From assembly GCA_964016885.1 (NCBI GenBank), contig OZ024743.1, positions 107,074,001 to 107,138,000 on the forward strand: a stretch of 64,000 nt of DNA, in the 5' to 3' direction. This stretch comes from Eledone cirrhosa (lineage: Eukaryota). The stretch's first letter is position 1, and each line of letters starts with the position of its first letter. The position numbers and the translations under genes were made by a program. Below are positions 26,441 through 42,034 of this stretch, piece after piece. Under the pieces are notes generated by a model. It was not told the DNA's origin, made no database searches, and saw only the letters and a list, made by a program, of their open reading frames with translations.

Positions 26441-26760
26441 GATGGCGTAGGACAGAACAAAGGAGAGGCACAAAAACAAAAACGAAGAAAATACTCCCCA
26501 GTCACTGAAGAGGTCACATAATGTGTGACGAAAGAACTTTGACAATATATAAACAACCATCTGGTTGTGGAACCAACCAACCAACCGGAAATTCATAAAT
26601 TCCTAAATTTATAAATTTATTATAATAAATTGAAGTAAAAGCAACTGGTGCGTGTATTTCTTATTGGCAACATGACCTTTCCAGAGTATAACAATATCGG
26701 TTTCAACACACGTTTTCAGATAAAGAATCTTGCTAAGCAAATTCAGAAACGAAATACATA
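26441..26760 (+). mobile_element. Small non-coding repeat with a minimal hammerhead, ending in (TA)n
   Basis: Homologous along its length to 41560-41815. Confidence 0.75.
26501..26543 (+). ncRNA. Minimal type I hammerhead motif (atypical)
   Basis: GUCA-CUGAAGA-g-GUCACA uaaug UGUGAC-GAAAG aa CUU-UGAC. It has a 4-bp stem I, a very short stem III and one extra G before stem II. Confidence 0.6.
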
Positions 26761-26819
26761 TATATATATTTATATATATATGTATATATGTGTATATATA
26801 TATATGCATATATATATAT

Positions 26820-26924
<105 letters not shown>

Positions 26925-27134
26925 TGGATGAAAAATAATGATTCAAAGATAAGGAACCATATGTTGTAACAAAGAAATGCAATGGAATGCATGTTAGTGA
27001 ATGTAATTTCCCCTTGTGAAGAATACACACAATCGATCCACTAGGTGGCATGTATTTCAGTATATATGAGTATGTGTCTATTTAGTTTTGCTCTATAGCC
27101 TCGAGTGGATATAAATTGTACAAAACCCCATCTC

Positions 27135-27197
<63 letters not shown>

Positions 27198-27595
27198 TAC
27201 ATATCTCGAAACATGCTAGAATGTATGTTGAAAAGTATAACTGTTTTGGGAATGCTATTATTGAGTTATGGATGGATGAAAATAAATATTTAGGTTTGTA
27301 TTCTTTCATATGCATCGTTTATTTGTTTATATTGTGTTTCTTGGTACATGCATGTATCTTCATCATACCCCTCTCTATCTAAAGATCACTGCTTCCATCT
27401 TGTTCCATCTAACATTTATACGCTCTCTATTCATCAATATACATCATGTTACCTGTATATATATCTTACTCTCCATGCCTATATATATATATTATATTAT
27501 TTATATATATATATAAATATACATCATACATACTTATATATATAAATATATACATATATATATGTATATATATATATATATATATATAAATATAT

Positions 27596-27701
<106 letters not shown>

Positions 27702-27859
27702 GTATGCATCTATCTATCTATCTATCTATCTATTTCGATACATATAAGTCATGGCATGAGCTGAACACGAGCTACCACATATAACATTGCAACAACCTCT
27801 TAAACCGATTATGCAACAACTCTACCACCAAAACCAATAATTCCATCATTATGATATAT

Positions 27860-27968
<109 letters not shown>

Positions 27969-28434
27969 TAGCTTTATATGTTATCCAATTTCTTTTTTTC
28001 AAAACGTCTTCAATTTATATTTATATATATATTGAATTTAAATCTGTATATTAGATCATATCATGACAGAAAATATTTTGTTTATACAAAACAATAGATT
28101 TTTCAGAGGCATGGAATTGTTCCTGGTGACGAATAATATGTGTTTCAAGATATACAAGCATATTGAAATGAATTATTTGGAACCTAAGGTGTGATTCTCT
28201 CATGAGGAAATAGAATCGAGTAAAAAATATATATCTTTCTTATAATGAAAAAAATATAAAAAATATATTGTCATCCTTAAACATGAACGAAAATAACATG
28301 GAATACACATGGGGAAATAATATGAAGATGATATTATATAGTTTGAGTATCGATCAACGTCTTAGTAATGGTAAATGAACAATGGGGAAAAAAGTTGTAT
28401 TATATAGCAATATGCAAGGCAAAGAGTATATGAG

Positions 28435-28784
<350 letters not shown>

Positions 28785-28821
28785 TTACAACCGTGTGTGT
28801 GTGTGTGTTAGTGTGCATATA

Positions 28822-29150
28822 CATATATATGAATTATTATAATCCCGATGCAAATAACAATGGTAATAGTCGAGAAATATAAATAACATTTCTAAGCATC
28901 AGGTAAAATAACTCTAGTGACGGACAAAATGTAATGGAGAGGCGCCATTTTCGATTACCTTTCACTTTTAAAACCTATGTTTTCAAATAATATTTAGAGT
29001 GATGAAATTTTATTATAGACATTTTAATTTAGATGCACACTTTTCATATTTTTCAAAAATGTCACAATATTTCTTAGATCCAACATTCATATACGTATGT
29101 GTGTGTCCCCTCCTTAGAACGCTTGTGTATGTATGTATAAATATATATAT
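28822..29150. repeat. Dispersed repeat, second copy at ~30235-30490
   Basis: gaattattataatcccgatgcaaataa...gtgatgaaa...tagatgcaca...gtgtcccctc is shared. The first copy has a ~75-bp extra segment. Confidence 0.8.
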
Positions 29151-29632
29151 GTATATATATGTATATGTATATAGATATGTATATATATATATCAACTAGA
29201 AATAGATTGACATATATATATATAAAATAAACATATGAAACAATCACAGGGAATAATTTGTAAAGAATGTAAGCGCACATAGCTAGGTAGGTAACTAATT
29301 AAAGTTTAACCAGAACTTCAAATATAAATACCTTTTAAAATGATTAATCTCGCTTGTATATATTTATTTAAGTAAGAAATATATTTCACCAATTAATCCG
29401 TATATCACAGTAGTCAAATAACGGATGGTCACCAAAGGAGAAGAAGATACCTACCTGCGTTTACAACGCAAATGCAAATCTGTGAATGACTCGAACCACG
29501 TGTTGCATTTTTTTAAAAATAGACACATTGCACAACGTCATCCCAGTGGCGTGAATAAGACCATCGACAGCCAGAAATAGCAGCCGAGTCTATTCAACTG
29601 AATTAGCTCAACAATCAAGGGGCCGTATATAT

Positions 29633-29962
<330 letters not shown>

Positions 29963-29983
29963 GTATAATAGCCAATACAATAT

Positions 29984-30061
29984 AATTACCTCATTACCAG
30001 AGGTTTCCCGAACAAGACGAATACGAAAAACGTCCTCATTCGTTCGTCGGACAAGGCAATT
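29984..30061 (-). ncRNA. Type I hammerhead motif with U4C core variant, GUA triplet
   Basis: AAUUGCCUUGU-CCGACGA-aCGAAUgAGGACG..CGUCUUGUUCGg-GAAACC ucu GGUA-AUGAGGUAAUU. It has an 11-bp stem I (3 G-U), an 11-bp stem II and a 3-bp stem III. Confidence 0.75.
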
Positions 30062-30483
30062 TAAAACATAGTGAAATATTTGAAATGTCTCCTCAAGAAA
30101 TGCAAGAGTTTAACGGGCAAAAAATATATAAATAAAAGTAATGTAAGAGATATATAAAAAAATAAGGACTCTTCACTCCTATGACTTTTTCAATTTTCAA
30201 CACCAAACTTTAATACTTATATATATATATATAGATATATATGAATTATTATAATCCCGATGCAAATAAGAATGGTAATAGTCAAGCAATATAAATAAGC
30301 TTTAAATTTTAAAACTTATGTTTTCAAATAATATTTAGAGTGATGAAATGTTATTATAGACATTTGAATTTAGATGCACAATTTTCACATTTTTCAAAAA
30401 TGTCAGAATATTTCTTAGTTCTACAGTCATATAAGTATGTGTGTCCCCTCGCCCTAGAATGCTTGTGTATGTATGGGTATATA

Positions 30484-30592
<109 letters not shown>

Positions 30593-31215
30593 CGATACTC
30601 CGGCCAAAGTCCAACTCACTCAACAAACATTAGGAAATATCTGAGTATATTCCTAATTAAACGTTCGGGTTCCTAACTATATTGTATTGTGTGGAGAATT
30701 GGCTGTATCATTTCATATGAGATATGTCAAATACATCACTTCCCAGACAACTCGTTTCATTATAAGATTTTTACAACTTGGGTAAAATTATACCAAATTA
30801 TGTAGAAGCTTGTATAAGATCAATACATACTTATACAAGTGGGCTTTTATAATTCTTCAGTGGGTGCCCAATAATATTAATATTGATAACCAAATCAACA
30901 TCAATATTTAGCGATAATCACCATCAATGCTTGAGGAAGCTGGTAGGTTGTTAGTCCAGCAGTTCTAAAGAAAATCTCACACTGTCTCGAACATAGGAGG
31001 AAGGAGACTGCCGCCAAAAACTATACATGCGCAGGTCGTTGAATTCCGATACGAATTCAAGCCACGTGCTTAGAACTCAATTGGATATGAAAAAATAACC
31101 ATATGTGCGCTTCGCTTAATGACACATATAGATATTTTCTCGGGCCAAATAACAGAATGAGATACAAGAACAAACAGTCAATATTCATATAAAAAATAAA
31201 CAGAGAGAGTCATAA

Positions 31216-31280
<65 letters not shown>

Positions 31281-31524
31281 GTTTACATATATATAAAGTC
31301 ATAGATATATATGTGTTTTGCAACCGATCACGTTGTGGCTCAATGAAGAATTAATAAATTAAATAATCAGAGCTATATAACATAAAACATGTCTATAGAA
31401 TCACTAGATAAAATATATACCGTTTCCTCTCCCAATTAGCATAATTAACCATATAAAAAATAAATTAGACCAAGCTATAAGAATAAAGGCTCCTATGAGG
31501 AAATCTCCAACAAATAACCGAAAG

Positions 31525-31642
31525 CAGCCCCTTCGCGGCGGCTACGACGGAGTATTTATCGAACATTTCGACAGCATGTATAAATCGACCAGATATACAG
31601 TCAACTAAACATAATTAGCTGTAAAATAAACTTGGAAGAAAC

Positions 31643-31645
<3 letters not shown>
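31525..31645 (+). repeat. (TA)n-flanked dispersed repeat, inverted copy at ~47520-47665
   Basis: gccccttcgcggcggctacgacggagtatttatcgaacatttcgacagc... matches the reverse complement of 47590-47665. Confidence 0.75.
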
Positions 31646-31677
<32 letters not shown>

Positions 31678-31752
31678 CATACCAGGTGGACTATAACGCA
31701 CCAGAGTACTCAATACCTTGGGTATTAGAGTGGGTAATATGAAAACAGTCAA

Positions 31753-31843
31753 GACCCCGACGGCTCAGCTCTGGCTGTTTCGACAGCTAGATTCGAGTTC
31801 GGATCTAGCTGTCGAAAAGGCTGGAGCTCAGCCGTCGGGTGTC
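31753..31843 (+). other. Long GC-rich hairpin (~44-bp stem)
   Basis: cccgacggctcagctctggctgtttcgacagctagattcga gt tcggatctagctgtcgaaaaggctggagctcagccgtcggg. Confidence 0.8.
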
Positions 31844-31860
31844 CTGAATCTTTTCATATC

Positions 31861-32344
<484 letters not shown>

Positions 32345-32352
32345 ATATATTT

Positions 32353-32420
<68 letters not shown>

Positions 32421-32428
32421 ATATATTT

Positions 32429-32499
<71 letters not shown>

Positions 32500-32799
32500 T
32501 AAAACCAAAACTGAATACTAACCAATACAATTACCAATTCTCATTTATTCCTAATTAAACTATTTTTCACTGTGAACAATTTGTCAGCATTTTCTATTCC
32601 GTTTACCAATATATATATATATATATATATACATACCAGGTGGACTATAACGCAGCATAGTACTCAATACCTTGTGTAGTAGAGTGGGTAATATTAGATA
32701 GATACATAGATATGACGTCGTGCCTTCATAATATCTGTCTGTATGCCTGACTGTCTGCATTACGTCATTATGACGCGATCAGTGTGTGTGTATATATAT

Positions 32800-33110
32800 T
32801 CTTATGCCAGGGAACGTCTTCACGAACCAAAGTATCGTCTTCCTGTTTTCCAGATTGATTTTTTTAGTTTAAGAAGATCCCGTTAAGGTTGAAAGCAGCG
32901 ATTCTTTGCTTAAACATTAATATGTTATTTTAATATAGATATTCGTGTACAGATATGTTTGCATACACAAAAACAAAATATAAACAAACAAAGCCACAGA
33001 TTACATCAATTAGTCTTAGTGTATGTACTTCATACTGCTTTTAGGTAGAATATCCCGTTAAGGGTGAAAGCAGTGATTCTTTGCTTAAACTTTAGTCTGT
33101 TATTTTAATA
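32800..33110 (+). mobile_element. Two tandem degenerate 3' ends of the CAGAAGA-hammerhead family
   Basis: Motif remnants at 32866-32916 and 33052-33091, each followed by ..tgttattttaata. Confidence 0.7.
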
Positions 33111-33253
33111 TATATATATATATATATATATAATTATATATTTATGGACAGATATTTTTGCATACACAATAACAAAATATAAACAAACGTATTTATTTCA
33201 CGAGGTTCGATAAGGATAAATATATATCAAATATATAAGAACCCTATAGCAAA

Positions 33254-33282
33254 TCCCGAGCAATGCCGGGACATTCTGCTAG
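33254..33282 (+). mobile_element. Helitron-type 3' terminus (hairpin plus CTAG)
   Basis: tcccg agcaatgc cggga cattctg CTAG|T, the same architecture as 53947-53976. Confidence 0.65.
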
Positions 33283-33603
33283 TATATATATATATATGCT
33301 GTACCTTTGGTGGTGGAGAAAAGTGTAAATAAGTAGTGGCATTGAAGTTGTCTCTAGTTGAGTCAGGTATGTCATGAAAACCACATATATATAAGCAACT
33401 GTGCATTAGATGGTAACATTACCCATGAAAACTAAGACAAAGACAAATGCAATGCCAGCGTGGATATGTTTACGTCGGTGTATCTCTGAGTATGTTTACA
33501 TTCATATTTATATATATATATATAAATGTGTGTGTGCGTGAGTGTTTGTGTTTATATATTTATACATATATACGTATATATATATATACATATATATATA
33601 TAC

Positions 33604-33711
<108 letters not shown>

Positions 33712-35204
33712 CTGATGAAAACATATACAATGCAATTTACAAAATACAAATATTCACTTGTATGTTAGTAAAGTAACTGTTTTGATGACAGTGAAGGAAT
33801 GATTCATAGGATGACTAAGACATACTATCAATGCGGAATTATATTTTGCCTGTGTCCATAAAAATATACGTATCATTTTTTCAACTGTATAGAATACCGT
33901 ATTTTATGGGTCATTACATGCAACATATGATATGTAAAAGTTTTGAGTTGGGGTGTAACAGAATAACAAGAAAAACAACAAATATTTACGAGAATATACA
34001 AAAACAATCAACAGAATATAATAAACTACTGTTTAAAACAACTGAAGTTATATGTTACGGTCGGTGTTTTATTTTTTCCAAGCACAATTATTTATGTTTA
34101 CGATTCTTTTCTCGTTATTTTTCTTTTTTCGGACTAGTTTCTGAGATGCCATCGGCCGTAGCTATTTTGTCGTGATCGACTACAAACACATGATAATTTC
34201 TCTTAAATACTACTCAGATTCTAGTTAGTTTCTATTAAGTTGTCATTGGAGATTATACTTTCGTAGCATTATAGAGCGTGAATGAATTTGCGTTTGGGGA
34301 TTTTTCATTTAATCTTATATTTACTTCTTTCTTCCTATCTTTAATGTGTGAGATATTCCAATTAACGTTACTCAGAATATACATAATTATGCATTCTAAG
34401 TTGGGTTCATAAACCAGAATATATTTAATGGTGGTAACATATAGATGGAGACATCCACAATGAATTACTTTGTACTCATTTAAATTAAGCTATTTCTCTC
34501 CCTCACCCTCTCTCGATCGGTCACCAACATGGCACAGCTTCAAATCGGGCCGTTTGTTTACAAATGAATCAAACATTATTATTAATGTTCGATAAAACCC
34601 AAACGTACATATGTATAATCCAAGCATACAGAGAGAGAGATCCAATATTTCAGATTTCATAGTGAAATATATCGATGTTTATTTTTAAGAAGGCAGGATG
34701 AAAGTGTGCTTCGAACAACAATAGTTATTCATATTAGATTTAAAACAACTGTCCCGTGATCCTTCCCTCTATGTCGTTATGTATGTTGCAGCGAATGCGT
34801 GATGCTTGCTAGAGTACCTTCATTTTATGGAGTACTGTCAAGGAACACACTCATAGGCACATTATTTTAAAAAGCTATTACGTTGGAATTCTCAGTCAGC
34901 TGTGATCAAGCATAAATGTGTTTTTGCACTGTGATAACTAGGTAAACAATTATCATCACTTTTTTTTTTTTACATGGCATATGTATATGGATTATTTCCC
35001 CAGGCGCAGATAGAAAACGCATTGGGCTTTGGAGGAAAACCACGGTGTTTTATAGAAATTCTAATACCGTATCTTAAAATATAGGCTTCAGCTTAGCTGT
35101 TCCATTAGAACATCGCGTAGAATACGTTCCGACTTTCTAAGTTCAAATAAAACGTGTTTTCTGGGAAGATTCCTTCTCACTTCCTCTCATTTCCTTTCAC
35201 TCAC

Positions 35205-35346
<142 letters not shown>

Positions 35347-36085
35347 TAGTGTCCTGTGTTCAGGCCCAAAGCGATGATAGGTTCCATGATGTTTAATATG
35401 GCCAAGGCACGCCATTTGTCACGACGCTTTTCATACGATTCATTCAGGAGCTACAGGTTTATAAATACATACGGCTTGAAACATTAATCGTATGGTTTAC
35501 CATCAAGAATTCACATTTAACTGGGAGCCAAGTGTGATCGCTATCATAGTGGGTTGTATATTGTGTCTAATGTCCCTTCGAGAATGGTTACGTATTCGGT
35601 ATAGATAGAAGCAACAAGATTATCAGTACGAATTAAGATCGATAAATTGCCGCACCAAACATTGAAACGTGCTATGTTGAATTGCATAACCCCCCAGAAA
35701 AGCACATTTGTGCAATTGAAGAGACGCTGGTGCATTAAGAAAATGAGCTGGAATACATTTTTTTTTTACATTATATTTAATGTTTCTGTGTAGAGGTTTA
35801 GAGTACTATAGTTAACTAAAAAGTGTTCTGTGTTTTGAAGAAAGATTTATAGATTCGTATCAACTTCTGGACGTGTATTGTGTCAGGCATATAAATAGAA
35901 AGTCTCTATCGTTATCATAGATATATATCGGAGAGACGGCAGATGTATGAGATAGGTTGCTATTCATTTCAAACATTGCATGAACACTATGTTTTCAGTG
36001 GCGACATATTTCACTGACCCTTTGTTCTACTTTCATCTAGAATGACCTAATAGCTTAAGATTGTGTGTTCTTGTGCATACATACA

Positions 36086-36183
<98 letters not shown>

Positions 36184-36190
36184 TGCACAA

Positions 36191-36237
<47 letters not shown>

Positions 36238-36250
36238 TGTATACATATAT

Positions 36251-36345
<95 letters not shown>

Positions 36346-38167
36346 GACTTTATATATCTCAGAATACATTATGTGTGTGTTGTTCATGACAGTGTATGTG
36401 CGTGTGTATAAATGTGTTTTCGTTTGTGTCCATGTGTATGGTGGGAGTAAATTGTCATACCAGGCTTCATATAGTATTGTAAGTATCAACTGACTTTTAA
36501 TGATTTGACAGCAATAACCATCCCAATGTTTATTTCACCCATTATTCTTTTTGGGGAGCTACTATATTTAATGTCTATTTCCGTCATCAATCTTTCCCTT
36601 CTCCTTCTGCTAGACCTATTGACCGCAATGCCTGTCCACCAGTGACGAGGATCTGAAGGGAATAGGTGTAAATTATTAAATGTAATTAAAACGGGATTTG
36701 AAATCGCTCAATAATTTCAGATTACCGTAAGGGGGAGTGCGATTTTCTTTTCTTTATCCTTTATTGTTTACTGTACTCTTCTCAATACTGATCAAATATT
36801 GAAAGAATCTCTAGACCGCTTCATTGATAGCATTTGAACAAAACACATTAATCAATTCAGGAATGATGTTCAAAAGGACATCTTCGAGAACAATTAAATG
36901 ACTAGACATATAGAAAGAAACAACCTGAAGTGATTTACAATGTTTACATATCTTTCTTGTTTTTATAACCATAGCCATTTATAATGATATTATGATTTCA
37001 TTATAAAGTTTATGCTATATTTATTGTGTAGTATTAAACAAATATAATGGAAAAATTGAGATATAAAGAACTGTAGTTCATTAAAATATATTTAATTTGA
37101 TTTGCTACTATATAATATTTATTTCGTATATTGTCAAAGCACAATATATTATTCTATATTATGTATATCAGATGATATCAGCCTTAATCCTGTATTGCTG
37201 CGCATTTCCTGGACACAGGTTTTGTAAATTTCTGAAATATATCTTGTCGTTTTGCGCTAATTATCAAAGACTGTCAATCATTACCATGTTCGCAAGCCAA
37301 GCTGCATTTCACAGCCGAGGGTATATATATAATTACAATTATAAATCCTAATCGCTATACCGAGTGCATCAAAAAATTAATTTCCTACATAGTAAATGAC
37401 GCACGAGAATTTTGACTAATTTGAAATTTAAGCCCAAGTTCCATACTGCAGTTCTATCAAAATTTGCCGCTCATGGTAAACTGTGATGTGCTTCAAACCC
37501 CTAAATATAGTTGATTTCGAAACAAAAGTGCTACATTGTGATGTAGTGCATGGAATTTATAAATGATGCTTGCGATATATTTATTATAGCATATGTACAT
37601 AATGATTTATTTAGGAATTTTGTAGAAATCTTTGAGCCTCATCTCTATCATCAATTTGATTTCACATTCATATGAAGCTAATCTGATAGAAATGCTGGTA
37701 GAATGTTATAATATATACAGTTTAAAAGCAATTTAAAAACTAATTTGAGATTTATTTCAATTCTCTAAGTTATTATTAGACAATAAACTGTTTTGGCGTG
37801 CTTAAGGAAAATACAATCGCTCTGAAGTTTAATGTTATTGACGATATCACTAGAGGCGATATAAAAGCCTGAGATGCGTACTAGACAAACAATTCCCGCA
37901 TGTATAAATCTGCTGTTATGCTCTCATTTTAAATGACCACCTCGAGGAATGTAATTGTGTTAATGAAATAATACAAATTAAGAAACCCATGTGAATAACA
38001 AAACTTGAAGAATTTCTCAAAATCCTGCACTGGCTAATCGGATATTTAGTTAAGATCTGAATGTGTATAGTAAAGCTTATATGTTCAGTAAATCTGCAAC
38101 ATATGGAAGAAAGAACTAAAATATAAGAAATCTTTAGAGTAACGCAAGACGTTGAGTTGTAAACGTC

Positions 38168-38355
38168 GGATTGGCTGCAGCGGTTGAGGAGCGGACGCCA
38201 TTCTTTGCAGCATAGAGTTACGTCCCTTTACGGTCTGAGTTAATATCGCGCCGATGTTAACTTTGTCTTTCATCCTTATAGGGTCGATAAAATAAACCAG
38301 CAGTAATGCATTAGGATTATTGCTGGCCTTGTGGCAAAAGTAGAAGCAATTATTT
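38168..38355 (+). mobile_element. tRNA-derived SINE, moderately diverged
   Basis: Aligns along its full length with 22218-22405. Confidence 0.85.
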
Positions 38356-38448
38356 AAACCTACACCCACAAGTTAGCAATTACGTCAGGTTTGCTTCCAA
38401 ACCACAGGTTTTACGTGTCAGGACAAAATTCTATATCCCCGTATATAC

Positions 38449-38455
<7 letters not shown>

Positions 38456-38535
<80 letters not shown>
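38456..38535. repeat. (GT)n microsatellite
   Basis: Direct reading of the sequence. Confidence 0.95.
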
Positions 38536-38543
<8 letters not shown>

Positions 38544-39494
38544 GTATATGTGTGTGTATGTATATATACATATTATATATCTTGTAATTAAAATGATGCA
38601 ACTGCGTATAATTAAAGAATTCTTAGTTTTTACGAAATGAGAATCATCTACATTTGATATAATTAAAGTATATAAAGTTGGTAGGCAGCGAATTGTGCTC
38701 CACTACAAAATCGATCGAGATCAATTTTGACGTTCATGATTGCGACCCTGATAAAAAAATACATCCCCTGACAGCACACACGCACACTCTTTCTCCCTCT
38801 CACTCTATCTCTCTCTTTCTTTGTTCTTCTCTCATTCTCTGAAAGAAATGTTTCTGTTGCTATATGGAATGAATGTATGTTCCTCCAGGTTTAAAATGCT
38901 TAAGGAACGTTGTATGTTGTTACGGGTCCATCACGAGTTACAGGTCCATTCCTATTGACGAGAGTGACATATCAAATCGGTGTGCCCTAGCACTGACAAC
39001 ACTTTTAGCTAAGAAGAAATACTTTGGTAGAATGTTAGATCTATTGCTTTTCTGAACAATATATATACTCTTTAAAAAAACCGTCGCACTCAAATCCTCT
39101 CTGAATATTTCTGAAGTAAGGTGTCTGATGAAAATCCTGATGAACTGTTGAGAGAATTTAGATGTGATGAACAGCGTTTAACTTATAAAAATGTACTGTG
39201 TGAAGTAAAACAGAATCTCACCGAAAACTTGTAGGTCTTCACTTCCATTATAGCAATATGCTTAATTCTGATCCCCACAGATGATTTAGCAAATGTACCT
39301 GTTCTTTTTGTTGTCACATTGAATCATCCATGTAAACTATAGCAAAAACATTGATTCAGTTGTGATACACATTTCAAAGTCAGTATTACAATGACAGTAT
39401 TTGGCTTACTCTAAATCCTTTGAAATATATTAGAGCTTATCTATCCAGACATTAGAATTTATATTTGTGCGATAAGAATTAATCGAAGTATTTG

Positions 39495-39690
39495 AGGGCG
39501 ATGAATTGACAGAATCAATTGAGTGTTGGATAAAACGCATTTAACTATTTCGGTACGACACTCTAAAATTTGGATTCAAATCCTAATGAGATCTGCTTTG
39601 ATTTTCATCTTTCAAGAGTCGTTAAATAAGATACAAGTAAAGTAATGGGGCTGGTCTAATCGACATTCCTCTATTCCCCAAATTGGAATA
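39495..39690 (+). mobile_element. Old degenerate SINE copy
   Basis: ggcgatgaattgacagaatc...ggattcaaatcc...ttttcatctttcaagagtcgttaaataa. Confidence 0.6.
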
Positions 39691-40583
39691 TATTAATCGA
39701 TATATAGATTTGTCATATGTTTGTGTTGGTATCACGAAAAAATCGTGTTGATGAGCAAAGAATTTGGCGAGATAACACGGAATTTAAAATTCAAATCTTA
39801 AAGAAGAAAATATTAAAAGTATGGAGAACTTTTCCTAAATTGAATATGTAACACTTAACCATTTTATTTTCAAAATCCACAGTTATGGAACATTGTCTCG
39901 TTTTTCGGAATATATCAGTCATTTATAGTTTTGTTTTCTTAAATTAAACAAATTCTAAAATAATATGCTTGCATAAATACGCATTTAGAAACACACTCAT
40001 GCACACACACACACGTACACTCACACACAAAACCACACATAGACATCTACGTGTGTGTGTCTATCGATACTTGAATATATACATCTATTATGTCAGTAAG
40101 TACGCTTGTACGTAGGTATGTATGTACTTACAACTAAAAATGTGTCAATCTGTATGGCTTTGCTACCTATTAAAAACACATTGGTGCCATGTTTCTTCCT
40201 GTATTCTACTTTAGGTCAAACATATAGAGATCATACTAACACCTTTTAGAAAATATATCCTTTCTATACAGTACAAACAACATGTCTAGACAGTGTAGAC
40301 CTAACATTAAAAAGTGTTTCACCCTAGAGAGATAGAATTATCTTCCAATAGATGTAAACGAGAAGATATATGAAAGAGAGAGAGCTACAAATTTAACGTT
40401 GGAACTAGTAGAGAATTATGAAATATAGAATTATGTATCATAAAATAATACACACACACACATACATACATACACACACACACGAACACACATACACGCA
40501 CGCACACACACAAACACCCACATACACACACACATATATATATCTATGAATATAAATGCATATAATCAATATATATTTATATA

Positions 40584-40627
<44 letters not shown>

Positions 40628-40682
40628 TATGTGTGTGTGTTTGTGTGTGTATGTGTGTGTATGTATATATGTATATATATGT

Positions 40683-40950
40683 ATGGTCACCAGTTGGTGC
40701 TACTGGTAACATGTATTCCAGTACAACCTGTCCCATGGTCGGGTCGTTGGCGACTAAACTGGCAACCCCACCAAGGTTTCTTGGTGAGGAGGGTGACTTT
40801 AGACATCCTGCAGGATTAAAAACAAAACCTGTCAAAGGGCAAAGGAGCTCTTAAGCGTCAATGGCCATCCAAAATCAGCGGGAGAGATGACCCCTTAGCC
40901 TTTGTCAAGACAGAATTCTAGGAGAAGGAAAACTCTGATATAACACCTGC
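40683..40950 (+). mobile_element. Probable 5'UTR fragment of an RTE-type LINE
   Basis: A GC-richer segment ending CTAGGAGAAGGAAAACTCTGA, a motif I recognise from invertebrate RTE 5' leaders. No ORF follows. Confidence 0.45.
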
Positions 40951-41559
40951 AACCCTGATTGTATCCAATGATGTTGCTTTTTCTTCTTTTTGGTAAATAT
41001 CATCTTGGTTAAGAGAGTGGGACTGGCTTTGTGCAGTGCCTTTGCTCACTATAAAAGCGTCACGGCACAGGCATTGCTTCATATCTGGACATCTCTCTGC
41101 ACTTGTCGTCACATGGTACCAAGGGCCCAGCACTATGTGTCAATAATTGTCACAAGTGTAGTGTTTGTAGTGTTTAGTAGATAAATTATGTAATATTCAT
41201 TCATTATTTATTCAAAGTAATCCAACTTATTTTACAAACTGGATAAAAAATGATATTATTGATGCAGTCCCGCACTCCTTTCTTTATTACAGTTAAGATT
41301 GTACAGTGATGGGCGTTCTGTAATATGCTCCTATGTTCTATTATTGGTTGTTAGGTGGAATACTGATGAGTTCTATTTTGGCAACTAATAATTAAGGACA
41401 AAATGAAGACATAGACACACAATAACCAAACTAACAAAACAAATCAGAGACACACAGATAAAACCAACATACAACTAATGAGAATTAAATAAACACATAA
41501 ATAAATATAACAAAAAAAACACACCTACCCACATGTAACGCAACACACAGTACGCAAAA

Positions 41560-41815
41560 ACAAGATGGACAGAACAAAGGTGGGACAAGAAATAAAACCT
41601 AGTCAGTGAGGAGGTCACAGAATGCGTGTCGAAATAACTTTGACAAGATATAAACATCCATCCGGTAATCGAACCAACTAACCGGAAATGTATGATACAC
41701 TTAAGTGTTTTTATTGGCAGCATGACCTTCCCGAAAGTATAACAATATCTGTTTCAAAACAGATTTTCAGATAAGAAATCTTGCAAAACAAATTCGAAAA
41801 GGAAATATATATATA
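41560..41815 (+). mobile_element. Second copy of the 26441-26760 repeat, degenerate hammerhead at 41602-41644
   Basis: GUCA-GUGAGGA-GGUCAC..GUGUC-GAAA uaac UU-UGAC. Stem I is retained and C3 is mutated. Confidence 0.7.
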
Positions 41816-41999
41816 CAATGTATGTGATTCATTGAATTACTGGTAGTGGTACCAAAACGAGCAGTCAATGCACACAAAGACTGTATATATTCATAAAAAC
41901 GATGACCACAGAGAAACTATCGACAAAGATATCTCTAGGTTATTGCCCTTTGTCAAGGTTGTTTAAAACTCACGAATACAAAGAAACAACACACACACA

Positions 42000-42034
<35 letters not shown>

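Noticed and set aside
31488-31555. Hammerhead-like GAAAGC..GGCUA segment
   Set aside because: No stem II, a mutated core, and the sibling copy at 47520-47665 does not cover it.
31672-31740. Repeated 65-bp segment (also 32630-32693) considered as a twister-like ribozyme
   Set aside because: P1, P2 and the pseudoknots could not be assigned consistently in both copies.
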